A stretch of DNA of 64,000 nucleotides from Hormiphora californensis (lineage: Eukaryota > Animalia > Ctenophora), in contig CM035355.1 in assembly GCA_020137815.1 (NCBI GenBank), positions 1,798,001-1,862,000 of the forward strand, read 5' to 3'. How positions within the stretch are numbered: the stretch's first letter is position 1; every line of letters starts with the position of its first letter. A program made the translations under genes and the position numbers. The notes beneath the pieces were generated by a model. It saw only the letters and a program-made list of their open reading frames with translations, did no database searches and was not told where the DNA came from. This document shows positions 1-13,052 of the stretch, piece by piece.

Positions 1-3000
1 GTAGTAGATCTACCGGATCACTTTCTGAAGTTTTCTCCACCATCCTTCTCTTTAGTGTAACCCGTCCTTTGACAGCTATATCAGGTCGCTTTAGTAACCC
101 TTGTACTACCTGAGAGAAGTCGTTAGTGACTAAGTGGAATTGCCAAAATCCACCAACAAACAGAAGAAAAAACAGGAAAATAAAAACGCCGGGGAAGGGG
201 GGGGTACAAAAACAGCTACTATTATAATACTAGTACAAACCTCAGGTGCAAGTGTGATATTCTGACAAGATGCCTGTGAAGGTGGTGTTCTGTTCTCCTT
301 GTCCTGGTCTGAAGGGATAACTTGTACTGGCATCAACCTTCCTGACTGTAAACTACTGGCGGAGAGAATCACCTGGAGGGAGAGAGATGCTGGTAATGAT
401 CGACAGAGGCACCTAGCACAGAATCAAGAAGCATTGAGTTTTAATCTAGAACTCTAAGTAACTGAGTCTAGTACTCTAGGTACACCGTACCTGCACTGCT
501 TAATTTGGTTGGTATTTCTCACCTGTGTGGGTGGTGATCGTTTGATGATTTTGGCCCCCGGAGGTAGAGCGAACATAACCTTCCCGTCAGGTCCCTCCTT
601 CTTAACAAACCCACCAACCCCCATCGGTATAACTTTCTTCGAGCAGGCAGCAGTACATTGCAGCCTGTTGACCACTTTTGTCAGCCGATTCCCCTTGTTT
701 TCAACACCCTTCTGCTTGTCAGGACTCCCCTTCTCGGATTGAAAAGACCACAGGACCCCAAACTCAGTGCTCTTCTTGGCGGACCCCAGACTCTTCCTCT
801 TAGAGGTTGAGGGGGTATCAGGGAATCTGTCGAGTGCTACAGGTGACTGGTCAGGAGTTACAAAGGGTGGATCCTCCGTCTCAGAGGTGTCCATAGGCTC
901 CTCCACTGAGGTGTCCATTGGGGTCTCTTTACTAGGCGTTCCTTCTTTTTGAGGTGTTCCTTCCTTTTCAGGTGTCCCCTTCTTCTCCTTCTCGGGTGTT
1001 TTGTCTGTTGATTTCTGGGGTGTTTTGTCTGTTGATTTCTGGGGTGTTCCCTCGGGGGTGCTGCTAGGAACCTCTGTAGTCCAATCTGAGAAGTAGGAAG
1101 GGGTTAGTAATACTGTTTATAAACTAAAATATAGTTTATCTTGTTCGACTGTCACAAATACTGTAAAGGAAGGTTAGAAAAAGGTTTAGTTTGACAAACC
1201 CAACTAACACGACGCAGCTCTACCCAATTAGTGGGTCTCAATACCCCAAAACGTACCATTTGTAAAGATGACATGTCTGATGTGAGACTCCAAGAAAGCT
1301 AAACAGGCCGCCAGGTGATGTGCAGATGTGGCTCTCAGAACAGCAGTCTCCCAACTGCTAACCCTCTTAGCCCAGGAGTCGTGCATAAAGTATTTGGGAA
1401 TCTTGCCCGCCATGTTTAGCAGTGTGTTCCTCATTAACTTCAACTGATGAGAGATAGGAATCAGGGGATGCAGGGGAGACGGGGGGTCAGAGTGGTCAGT
1501 GGTCAGAGTGTATATTTGATTGTCGACTAAGTTTTAGAAACCAATATGAACTAACTTAGTTCAACTAAGTGGGACCCTGGCGTTTACAAAAACTGCAGAT
1601 CTACCGTCTACCTGGAATCGTTATCACCACTAGACCAACAAGAGCAATAATAACAGACCTGGGTAATTTCATTACCAAACCTTATACCTGGTCGGGTGAA
1701 GAGGCTTTCCAGACAAGTTGTTCCCTGAGAGATTTGGTTTCCATGGCAACTTGGGTAGCTAGCTCTTCCCCAACTTTATCACATGTCGCTTTCCCTCTGT
1801 ATCTAGATAGAGGGGAGGGTGGTTTAGTATCTAACCGAATCTGTGGGGTGCTGTATAATTCTGAGGTCTGACCAAGCTGCAATGTGAACTACCATCAATT
1901 GTGATATCATCAGATTTGTGACGTCAGAACTTACTTGAGATATAGGCGGTCTGATCCAAAGGCGAACTTCTCCTCTGAAGCGTGTCTGAAGGTTGTGAGA
2001 AGGGATGCCATGGGCATTGCCTCAACATCCTTCCTAAGGACTGTGATTCCACTGTGGTCCCCATACGTGATACCTAGAGATAGGGAGGGTGGGTTAATAC
2101 CCCGTTAATACTAGATTAAGATGATCATGATGTCCCGTGATAGTGTTTCAAACAGACTAAACGATGATCTTAGTTTCCTAAAATATTGGAAACCTGCCAA
2201 GACGTTGTCCACCTACTACAACTATACAGCATCACAGGAACCAATGTGATTGAGAATACACATTAAATCAGCAACTGTACTGCAGAGTGCAGTGATCAAT
2301 GATCATGAACAACTACAGCTGCTGCAGTACCTGAGTATTTGGTAGGTGATTGGAGTGTTTTAGCTTGGGTAGTTCGGTAGGCCCACACTAGGTTTATAAG
2401 CGTCTCATTCATCCCTTCTGCTAACTCAAAATATCGTTCCTTTAGTGCAGCATGAACCTGATAGAGTTGAGATGTGAGTTTGTGAGACAGCACGATTTAA
2501 TTGTCAAGTTACCCTCCACAACTCTGTGTTGTTGTTTTGCCTCCCTCAATCCCTCTCTCTCTCTCCCTCACTCTCTCTCCCTCACTCTCACTCACCCTCA
2601 CCCTCACCCTCACTCTCACTCCCTGCCTGGTTGCTGTTGTATTCCCTATTACCTTCATGTCTAGTTCAATATTAGTGTTCAGGCTACTCAGCAGATCATC
2701 TAGTTTGTCCTTGCTGCTCAGGTACAGACTTCCATCTACTGCGGTGTGAATTAGTAGCCGCTTCTCACAGAACCAATAACTCGCTCCCTCACTATCCACA
2801 CCTATCGACTGGAGGTCGTACAGCGTGGGGGAGGATTTCTGGAATGCTAGACAAGAGAGAAATAAATAATTAGAATTTCTATAAAGGAGTACAGTACTAG
2901 TAATAAAGTAATAGTAACAAAACCTTGAACCTACCATGAACGCCTCGTGTTAAATGCAGTAGAATGTCTATCCGTGTAGCGACATCGAATGTGTAATAAT

Positions 3001-3486
3001 CTCCAAGAAGGGAGTTCTGATTTTCTGACTGAAGTAGTAGGCGGAGTGCAGCGGGCCAAGTTAAATCGTCTAACTTTTCAAGGGTCAATAATTCGTATCT
3101 ACTGAAGCTACCACTCTTGATTTTCTGAAGAAGGAAGGGAACAGAGATGAGATAGGGAGAAAGGAAAAGGGAGAAGATAGAAATAAACATTTTAAATATT
3201 CTAAACAACACACAACTGCAAAGCACTGCAAAAGTCACGTGACATTTACCTCTGATAAAATAGCATCAAGGAGGGTCAAATGAATATCATTCAGGATCCC
3301 ACAATTCTCTTTGTGACTTAGGGCGCAGCAAAAATCTTCAAATGAAAATCCGGCAAGTTTGTAGTAATTCGTTAGAACGTTGTAAATTGATATCGCTGGC
3401 AAGACTGTCGTATTTTCAATGGGTAAATCTGTCGAACTGGCCGGAAGCCGAGTGGCTTTCTCTTCCCCTGGCAGCAACACTTCCAT
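1..3486 (-). CDS. BPTF: BPTF/NURF301-like nucleosome remodelling factor subunit, multi-exon; 5' part only, continues past position 1
   Basis: Exon 3486-3240 encodes a DDT domain (LPASSTDLPI...ISIYNVL...FSFEDFCCAL...IHLTLLDAIL). Later exons give LDDLTWPAALR, YYTFDVATRIDILLHL (WHIM1-like) and IGVDSEGASYWFCEKRLLIH (WSD-like), in BPTF order. Confidence 0.8.
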
Positions 3487-3869
3487 TCTACATTACTCTA
3501 AAACTGATTTTGGGTTTTTAAAAGAGATTTCAAAAACTTTCGATTGCGACGAATAAGCACGCTACGCAACTCAAACTGCAAACACACAAAACGGCCATAT
3601 TGGATTTGCACTCGCGCTTTGTCTTCAGAATGTCCGTATTGCTTGCGGAGGAACATCGCGCGCGTTTCAATAATATTTGCGCGTTACAAAGCCGCGCACG
3701 CGCTCATAAAAACTTCAAATTTCCAGAAATTCAGATTTTTGAATTTCCACAGAGTTCATTTTTTGCCGATTTGATCTTTTTCATTTTTCAGTTCTTTCAG
3801 CACTATTTATCGCCCTCCTGGAACTCCCGTTTGTGCTAGTCTATCAATAAATCCATCCCACGTTTAGCG
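3487..3869. promoter_or_regulatory. Putative bidirectional promoter between BPTF-like (-) and IQCK (+)
   Basis: Head-to-head ATGs only ~380 bp apart; CGCG-rich core flanked by TTTTCAAAA-type AT tracts, similar to the region upstream of PRPF39. Confidence 0.6.
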
Positions 3870-5342
3870 ATGGCGTCGTCGGGGCACTTTCTGCAATCCC
3901 TTCTCGACCAATCGCAAAATGAGTAAGCACTGGCTTAGTAAAATTCGATGAATTTGATTGAACAAATTACTTTAAACTATGTTTTTCAGATCCCCTGTGT
4001 ATTCTGGATATGGGGAAGCAGAGGAAGACAGTTATTCTCAGACACCAATCGCACAAAGTAAGACATTTCAGTAAAACTCGTCTGCAACAGCCAACAAAAA
4101 CATCTTATGTTCATGACAGCAGCTAATAAGATTAATATTTGCAGTGAAACCAATTCATATTTTGAAGAAAGAGCTCCTGCCTACTGTGATGCCCTGTGTC
4201 AATGAACTTCTTAAGATTGTAAAAGCTGATAAAGAATATGAGGTACAGATATATAATCTTACATTCTTCGAAAGTCTTCATCTGCGTAAAGTCGGATTTT
4301 TTGAAACTGTCACCCCCCTGAAATAACAAAATTTGTCATATCTCCGGTTCCTGATAAGATAGCGACTTGAAATTTATAGGTTCGGAAGAACTTAGCAAGA
4401 TCTTCGTAACCTCCAAATTTCAAGTCTCTATCTCATCAGGAACCGGACTTATGGTCATTTAAAGAAATTTGAAAACTCTAAAAAACGACAGTTATTTAAA
4501 ATCAGAGTATATCCAATGTTATTTTATAATCTCACTTTCTTCCAGCGTGAAAAATTAAATTGTATTAACTGGATGGTAGAATTCTTGTACAAAAACAATC
4601 CTCGATACAAAACTGACAGGGAGAATATGGAACTTTTGGATATCCCCTTCGTTCAGAAGATACTTGCTAAAAGGTGCGTAACATCTTGGTAGCATTGATA
4701 CCTCTCTGATTCGCCGCACTAGGTGTCAATGTCATCAACGTAATATCCACTTGCCTAAAAAGCTACTGACTAGCTGCTCATCTCATATATAATCCTCCTA
4801 CAACAGGCCACAGGCTCCCCTACCGCTTCACCTGAGATTGACGAAGAGTGAAGCAGCCACCCTGATTCAGGCTGGTGTGAGAGGTTACATGGCCAGACAG
4901 GCCGATAATGTTCAGGGATTCAGAGAGAAGATCAAACGAAAGGTATGAACCGATTTGTTTAATCCTTGAAATTAGTACATCTCACAGTTTAGAGTTTTGA
5001 TAAAAAATCGACTTTTTTGGTTTGATAGTTGATACTCATTTCAGCAAGCGGCAGCTACAGTGATCCAGAGTGGATGGAGGGGTCACAAAGTCCGTCAAAG
5101 GATCGCAGATGAGGATTTGAATCAACGTGACACGTGCAACGTATATCGAATGGTGCGTGTTTAAATAGTTCACAATGACATTTCAATCTGAATCTCTCCT
5201 TCACACTCTAGCTCTGTCGCCAAGAATATATCACCACCTTCGATTATAGTTCAGTAATGAGACCTGACCAAGAATTCACTTCCACCCACTGTTTCAGAAG
5301 AGTTCAGTGGTAGATGAGGAGGAGGCAGAGCCAGCACCTTGA
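3870..5342 (+). CDS. IQCK: IQ domain-containing protein K-like (about 8 exons)
   Basis: Spliced product contains NCINWMVEFLYKNNPR...LLDIPFVQKIL.KRPQAPLPLHLRLTKSEAATLIQAGVRGY, matching the IQCK pattern. A second IQ motif IQSGWRGHKVR follows. GT-AG junctions are in phase; stop at 5340-5342. Confidence 0.8.
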
Positions 5343-5824
5343 ATATCACCACCCTGTACTGGTCAGATTTCACCGTGATAGAATGGGATCAGAGACTGCA
5401 GTGAGATCTTATTATTATGTGTTGGTTGAGTTGTAAACCTTCTCACTTGTTCTCTTTTACCAAAACCATCTTGTTTATATTTTATTTGAAAGAATAAGAT
5501 GTAAAGGGTATTCGTTCTAGAGTTGTATGTTGTTGTTTCCACTGTTCACACCAGTTGTGCGGGAAGGTTCTAGAGTTGGATTATAATTGTTCAAACATGA
5601 AATTGAACTTATCCTCAACACTGGCTGTGGAATTAGGGTATATATATAACATAGTATGTAGGGACTCAAACCAGGAATAAAACACTTGAGATGCACCGGG
5701 TGATCATCCCATACTCAACCACAGTCATGGTACTCCTGACCAACTGGAGCATTTATATTGGGAAATTTTCCGAAGCTGCCGATGTTTAAGTGATTATCGT
5801 ACACGTGTGCACCCAGCTAAAGCG

Positions 5825-6071
<247 letters not shown>

Positions 6072-6372
6072 AAGGCGTCGGACGAGAACGATGATGTTTC
6101 GCACAATATTGACTTGAAGTTTTAGTTACAGTGTCTTGATTCTCAACTCATCTACATTGTACATTGGTTGACCCAGAACCCGCTCAAGGCTAGCTTGATA
6201 TTTCTCCTTTTCGTCGAAAAATCTTGAGATTTATTATATTTTCGGAGCACTTATAATTAAAATAGTTCTCAAATATCCCACGAGTTAAAAGGTGAGCGGT
6301 TGATTCCTGTAACACTCACTGGCTACTGCACGAATTAGAAAACCACATTCCCTTACATTTTTATAGGTAGAA

Positions 6373-7194
6373 ATGGTAGGCTGGTCGTTTCTTGAGATAT
6401 CCATGTTCACCGTAGGAACACCAGGTTTGATTGGCAACGCCTCTTCGCTATGGTACAACTGTAGAAGAAAAGGGTTCCCGAGGCGACTGTACATCGTCTT
6501 AAACATTATTGACTTCAGTGTTTGCATTTTGGGAATCGTCTCCGTTGTAATTTTGTTCCAAGGCCAAATGAAGGTCAAGGACGCGATAATGACAATCAAT
6601 TATTACGCCATCGCCAACCAATCCTCCGCTCTTTGGACTTGTATAATGAGCGGTACTCGACTTTTAGCAATGTCCCGACCCTTTTATCAAATCAACAAAA
6701 CTTTGTTCTGGACAATATCTACTGCAATTTTAGGTTTTAGTATAATCCCACAAACTGTTATCATGAATTTGAATGACATAGATGATCTGGATATGTTTCA
6801 ATTGAGAAACATCTCGATATATCTTGGCTGTACAAGTGGAAATGTAATGGTTAACTTTGTGATTACTGTTTGGACAGGCGTCCTACTAAACCAAAAATCA
6901 GAAGTCTCGGCAGAAACAGATCGAAATCGCAGGAATGCTGCCGTTACAGTTGTTCTACTCTGTCTAGTATTCCTCCTTACCAACATCAGCGGTTTGGTGG
7001 TATGCATCATATTCATCGAGGGAGGTGATGTTGCTAAAACTGATGGCTGGTTTGATGCTTGGCTTCTCCTCATGGTAATTAATGCGGCATTGAATCCTAT
7101 CGTCATTCTAAGAAGGAAACTAATGGATCTATCATGCTGCAGGGTTCGACACAATCGTATCAACAGGATTTCTACAATTGTTACCACTCATTGA
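6373..7194 (+). CDS. Single-exon divergent rhodopsin-class (7TM) GPCR, 273 aa
   Basis: About seven hydrophobic segments; TM1 GN, TM2 LxxxD (LNIIDF), TM3 end TRLLAMSRPF (DRY variant), TM6 AAVTVVLLCLVFLLTN, TM7 NAALNPIVI (NPxxY variant). Confidence 0.8.
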   Translation: MVGWSFLEISMFTVGTPGLIGNASSLWYNCRRKGFPRRLYIVLNIIDFSVCILGIVSVVILFQGQMKVKDAIMTINYYAIANQSSALWTCIMSGTRLLAMSRPFYQINKTLFWTISTAILGFSIIPQTVIMNLNDIDDLDMFQLRNISIYLGCTSGNVMVNFVITVWTGVLLNQKSEVSAETDRNRRNAAVTVVLLCLVFLLTNISGLVVCIIFIEGGDVAKTDGWFDAWLLLMVINAALNPIVILRRKLMDLSCCRVRHNRINRISTIVTTH

Positions 7195-7627
7195 ACCATG
7201 TTTCACTGACTAGCAAACCACTGTTAGTGGTAATGCTCAGTCGAACTGTCACCTTCAACTCCGAGAAAGACGAGAAACCCGTTTGGTGCCCGAATATTAG
7301 GTCAACATACTTCAACTTGACGCAGATATGCGGTAATTCCTTTCCTAACTCGACAGTCAACCCTGCTTCATATTTACAAATTTAAAGAGGGTTAAAGCAT
7401 AACAATTCCACAGGTGGATTGCCATAAATCGCTCCATAGGGAATAAGTGCTCGAAGACAAAAAATAATGTACCCACGCTGACTTCTTTAGCAACAACTAA
7501 ACAATAATATATTTGCAATTTATTGCTGTAAATGTAAGGACTGCCGGCTGCATTGCAATCAAATAAAAACTTGCCTAACACGATATACAAATTGTAATAT
7601 AAACTTCAATGAAAACATACTATAAAG

Positions 7628-10600
7628 AAGTGAAAAAGTTTCTTAGAGATCAGGTGGGTCAAAGTGAAAAAGTTTCATAGAGATCAGGTGGGTCAAAGTG
7701 GGAAAGTTTCTTAGAGATCAGGTGGGCCAAAGTGTGAAAGTTACTTAGAGATCAGGTGGGTCAATGTGTGAAAGTTTCTTAGAGATCAGGTGGGTCAAAG
7801 TGGAAAATTTTCTTAGAGATTAGGAGGTCAAAGGGGACAAGTTTCTTAGAGATCAGGTGGGTCAAAGTGGGAAAGTTTCTTAGAGATCAGGTGGGTCAAA
7901 GTGAAAAAGTTTCTTAGAGATCAGGTGGGTCAAATTGGGAATTGGGAAAGTTTCTTAGAGATCAGGTGGGTCAAAGTGAAAAAGTTTCTTAGAGATCAGG
8001 TGGGTCAAAGTGTGAAAGTTTCTTAGAGATCAGGTGGGTCAATGTGTGAAAGTTTCTTAGAGATCAGGTGGGTCAAAGTGAAAAAGTTTTTTAGACATCA
8101 GGTGGGTCAAAGTGGGAAAGTTTCTTAGAGATCACGTGGGTCAAATTGTGAAAGTTTCTTAGAGATCAGGTGGGTCAAAGTGAAAAAGTTTCTTAGAGAT
8201 CAGGTGGGTCAAAGTGGGAAAGTTTCTTAGAGATCAGGTGGGTCAATGTGTGAAAGTTTCTTAGAGATCAGGTGGGTCAAAGTGAAAAAGTTTCTTAGAG
8301 ATCAGGTGGGTCAAAGTGGGAAAGTTTCTTAGAGATCAGGTGGGTCAAAGTGAAAAAGTTACTTAGAGATCAGGTGGGTCAAAGTGAAAAAGTTTCTTAG
8401 AGATCAGGTGGGTCAAAGTGGGAAAGTTTCTTAGAGATCAGGTGGGTTAAAGTGGGAAAGTTTCTTAGAGATCAGGTGGGTCAATGTGTGAAAGTTTCTT
8501 AGAGATCAGGTGGGTCAAAGTGAAAAAGTTTCTTAGAGATCAGGTGGGTCAAAGTGAAAAAGTTTCTTAGAGATCAGGTGGGTCAAAGTGGGAAAGTTTC
8601 TTAGAGATCAGGTGGGTCAAAGTGGGAAAGTTTCTTAGAGATCAGGTGGGTCAAAGTGTGAAAGTTTCGTAGAGATCAGGTGGGTCAATGTGTGAAAGTT
8701 TCTTAGAGATCAGGTGGGTCAAAGTGGGAAAGTTTCTTAGAGATCAGGTGGGTCAAAGTTAAAAAGTTTCTTAGAGATCAGGTGGGTCAAAGTGGGAAAG
8801 TTTCTTAGAGATCAGGTGGGTCAAAGTGGGAAAGTTTCTTAGAGATCAGGTGGGTCAAAGTGTGAAAGTTTCGTAGAGATCAGGTGGGTCAATGTGTGAA
8901 AGTTTCTTAGAGATCAGGTGGGTCAAAGTGGGAAAGTTTCTTAGAGATCAGGTGGGTCAAAGTTAAAAAGTTTCTTAGAGATCAGGTGGGTCAAAGTGGG
9001 AAAGTTTCTTAGAGATCAGGTGGGTCAAAGTGGGAAAGTTTCTTAGAGATCAGGTGGGTCAAAGTGGGAAAGTTTCTTAGAGATCAGGTGGGTCAATGTG
9101 TGAAAGTTTCTTAGACATCAGGTGGGTCAAAGTGGGAAAGTTTCTTAGAGATCAGGTGGGTCAAATTGTGGAAGTTTCTTAGAGATCAGGTGGGTCAAAG
9201 TGAAAAAGTTTCTTAGAGATCAGGTGGGTCAAAGTGGGAAAGTTTCTTAGAGATCAGGTGGGTCAAAGTGGGAAAGTTTCTTAGAGATCAGGTGGGTCAA
9301 AGTGGGAAAGTTTCTTAGAGATCAGGTGGGTCAATGTGTGAAAGTTTCTTAGACATCAGGTGGGTCAAAGTGGGAAAGTTTCTTAGAGGTCAGGTGGGTC
9401 AAATTGTGGAAGTTTCTTAGAGATCAGGTGGGTCAAAGTGAAAAAGTTTCTTAGAGATCAGGTGGGTCAAAGTGGGAAAGTTTCTTAGAGATCAGGTGGG
9501 TCAAAGTGGGAAAGTTTCTTAGAGATCAGGTGGGTCAAAGTGTGAAAGTTTCGTAGAGATCAGGTGGGTCAATGTGTGAAAGTTTCTTAGAGATCAGGTG
9601 GGTCAAAGTGGGAAAGTTTCTTAGAGATCAGGTGGGTCAAAGTTAAAAAGTTTCTTAGAGATCAGGTGGGTCAAAGTGGGAAAGTTTCTTAGAGATCAGG
9701 TGGGTCAAAGTGGGAAAGTTTCTTAGAGATCAGGTGGGTCAAAGTGGGAAAGTTTCTTAGAGATCAGGTGGGTCAATGTGTGAAAGTTTCTTAGAGATCA
9801 GGTGGGTCAAAGTGAAAAAGTTTTTTAGACATCAGGTGGGTCAAAGTGGGAAAGTTTCTTAGAGATCAGGTGGGTCAAATTGTGGAAGTTTCTTAGAGAT
9901 CAGGTGGGTCAAAGTGAAAAAGTTTCTTAGAGATCAGGTGGGTCAAAGTGTGAAAGTTTCTTAGAGATCAGGTGGGTCAAAGTGTGAAAGTTTCTTAGAG
10001 ATCAGGTGGGTCAATGTGTGAAAGTTTCTTAGAGATCAGGTGGGTCAAAGTGAAAAAGTTTCTTAGAGATCAGGTGGGTCAAAGTGAGAAAGTTACTTAG
10101 AGATCAGGTGGGTCAAAGTGAAAAAGTTTCTTAGAGATCAGGTGGGTCAAAATGGGAAAGTTTCTTAGAGATCAGGTGGGTCAAAGTGTGAAAGTTTCTT
10201 AGAGATCAGGTGGGTCAATGTGTGAAAGTTTCTTAGAGATCAGGCGGGTCAAAGTAAAAAGTTTCTTAGAGATCAGGTGGGTCAAAGTGAAAAAGTTTCT
10301 TAGAGATCAGGAGGTCAAAGTGGGAAATTTTCTTAGAGATTAGGAGGTCAAAGGAGACAAGTTTCTTAGAGATCAGGTGGGTCAAAGTGGGAAAGTTTCT
10401 TAGAGATCAGGTGGGTCAAAGTGGGAAATTTTCTTAGAGATCAGGTGGGTCAAAGTGTGAAAGTTTCTTAGAGATCAGGTGGGTCAAAGTGAAAAAGTTT
10501 CTTAGAGATCAGGTGGGTCAAAGTAAAAAAGTTTCTTAGAGATCAGGTGGGTCAAAGTAAAAAAGTTTCTTAGAGATCAGGTGGGTCAAAGTGGGAAAGT

Positions 10601-12347
10601 TTCTTAGAGATCAGGTGGGTCAATGTGTGAAAGTTTCTTAGAGATGAGGTGGGTCAAAGTGAAAAAGTTTCTTAGAGATCAGGTGGGTCAAATTGTGAAA
10701 GTTTCTTAGAAATCAGGTGGGTCAAAGTGTGAAAGTTTCTTAGAGATCAGGTGGGTCAAAGTGGGAAAGTTTCTTAGAGATCAGGTGGGTCAAATTGTGA
10801 AAGTTTCTTAGAGATCAGGTGGGTCAATGTGTGAAAGTTTCTTAGAGATCAGGTGGGTCAAAGTGAAAAAGTTTTTTAGACATCAGGTGGGTCAAAGTGG
10901 GAAAGTTTCTTAGAGATCAGGTGGGTCAAAGTTGGAAAGTTTCTTAGAGATCAGGTGGGTCAAAGTGGACAAGTTTCTTAGAGATCAGATGGGTCAAAGT
11001 GGACAAGTTTCTTAGAGATCAGGTGGGTCAAAATGGACAAGTTTCTTAGAGATCAGGTGGGTCAAAATGGACAAGTTTCTTACAGATCAGGTGGGTCAAA
11101 ATGGACAAGTTTCTTAGAGATCAGGTGGGTCAAAATGGACAAGTTTCTTACAGATCAGGTGGGTCAAAGTGTGAAAGTTTCTTAGAGATCAGGTGGGTCA
11201 ATGTGTGAAAGTTCCTTAGAGATCAGGTGGGTCAAAGTGAAAAAGTTTTTTAGACATCAGGTGGGTCAAAGTGGGAAAGTTTCTTAGAGATCACGTGGGT
11301 CAAAGTGAAAAAGTTTCTTAGAGATCAGTTGGGTCAAAGTGGGAAAGTTTCTTAGAGATCAGGTGGGTCAATGTGTGAAAGTTTCTTAGAGATCAGGAGG
11401 GTCTAAGTGAAAAAGTTTCTTAGAGATCAGGTGGGTCAAAGTGGGAAAGTTTCTTAGAGATCAGGTGGGTCAAAGTGAAAAAGTTTCTTAGAGATCAGGT
11501 GGGTCAACATGGGAAAGTTTCTTAGAGATCAGGTGGGTCAAAGTGTGAAAGTTTCTTAGAGATCAGGTGGGTCAAAGTGAAAAAGTTTCTTAGAGATCAG
11601 GAGGTCAAAGTGGGAAATTTTCTTAGAGATTAGGAGGTCAAAGGGGACAAGTTTCTTAGAGATCAGGTGGGTCAAAGTGGGAAAGTTTCTTAGAGATCAG
11701 GTGGGTCAAAGTGGGAAATTTTCTTAGAGATCAGGTGGGTCAATGTGTGAAAGTTTCTTAGAGATCAGGTGGGTCAAAGTGAAAAAGTTTCTTAGAGATC
11801 AGGTGGGTCAAAGTGGGAAAGTTTCTTAGAGATCAGGTGGGTCAAAGTGGGAAAGTTTCTTAGAGATCAGGTGGGTCAAAGTAGGAAAGTTTCTTAGAGA
11901 TCAGGTGGGTCAATGTGTGAAAGTTTCTTAGAGATGAGGCGGGTCAAAGTGAAAAAGTTTCTTAGAGATCAGGTGGGTCAAATTGTGAAAGTTTCTTAGA
12001 GATCAGGTGGGTCAAAGTGTGAAAGTTTCTTAGAGATCAGGTGGGTCAAAGTGGGAAAGTTTCTTAGAGATCAGGTGGGTCAAATTGTGAAAGTTTCTTA
12101 GAGATCACGGGGGTCAAAGTGGGAAAGTTTCTTAGAGATCACGGGGGTCAAAGTGGGAAAGTTTCTTAGATATCAGGTGGGTCAAAGTGGACAAGTTTCT
12201 TAGAGATCAGATGGGTCAAAGTGGACAAGTTTCTTAGAGATCAGGTGGGTCAAAATGGACAAGTTTCTTAGAGATCAGGTGGGTCAAAATGGACAAGTTT
12301 CTGAGAGATCAGGTGGGTCAAAATGGACAAGTTTCTTAGAGATCAGG
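7628..12347. repeat. 34-bp tandem satellite, about 139 copies, unit AAAGTTTCTTAGAGATCAGGTGGGTCAAAGTGGG with variants
   Basis: Period of 34 seen directly (e.g. TGAAAA at 7631 and 7665). Variation is mostly in a short segment (GTGGGA/GTGAAA/GTGTGA/GGACAA). Confidence 0.97.
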
Positions 12348-13052
12348 ATGTGGCATTACCGTATCTCCACTACAAGCACCATTGTGTCTCGCTAGTGGCC
12401 AGACAGTTTATGACTCATAAGTGGTAGGGATTAGCTCAATAGCTCATAACATGAGCCAACCCCTACCCTCTGTTATAGCACTGTTCCACAACAAAGCAGT
12501 AACGCGCGGAGTGTTTTGTATGGATTACATCGCGCGGTTGCCATCAGCGATACACACGTTCACCGCCGCCCCATTTTCAGACCTGGTACAGTTTTCCGGC
12601 GGCGCCGACCCGTGCTGAGGGCACTGGCGGCGCCATGCAGATTCAGTGCGGGTGAACCAGTTGAACTTTTTAGCAAAGAGCTATGTTGGAATGCCACTAA
12701 TTTAACTGCCGCTAATTCACCTGCCTTAAATTTAATGACTTGTGCATACAAACGAAAATATTCCGGTTTATCAAAACAAATCTGAGGAGAATCATTGACA
12801 GATTATCGGTCCTAAAAACAGGTGGGACAGTACAGACGACTCTCTCAGACAAACTCACATAAAATTAAACTATACTTTTCTGTCCCTTTTTCAAAACTAA
12901 ATTATCATCTCTTAGTCTCACTTCGCAATTAAAATGTTTGCGAACTCAGATCTCTCGCAAACGGGCAAAAACAGCGTAAACAGTAAACTGTGATAAATTA
13001 AACTTTCAATTACACCCCATATATATTCCTAAAAAAGTCCCCATCAATTTCC

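Noticed and set aside
7628-12347. CRISPR-like appearance of the 34-bp repeat array
   Set aside because: Units are contiguous with no unique spacers, the context is eukaryotic, and there are no cas genes.
12421-12785. Short ORFs between the satellite and the USP36 3' end
   Set aside because: No recognisable motifs or splice structure; GC-rich repeat-like sequence.
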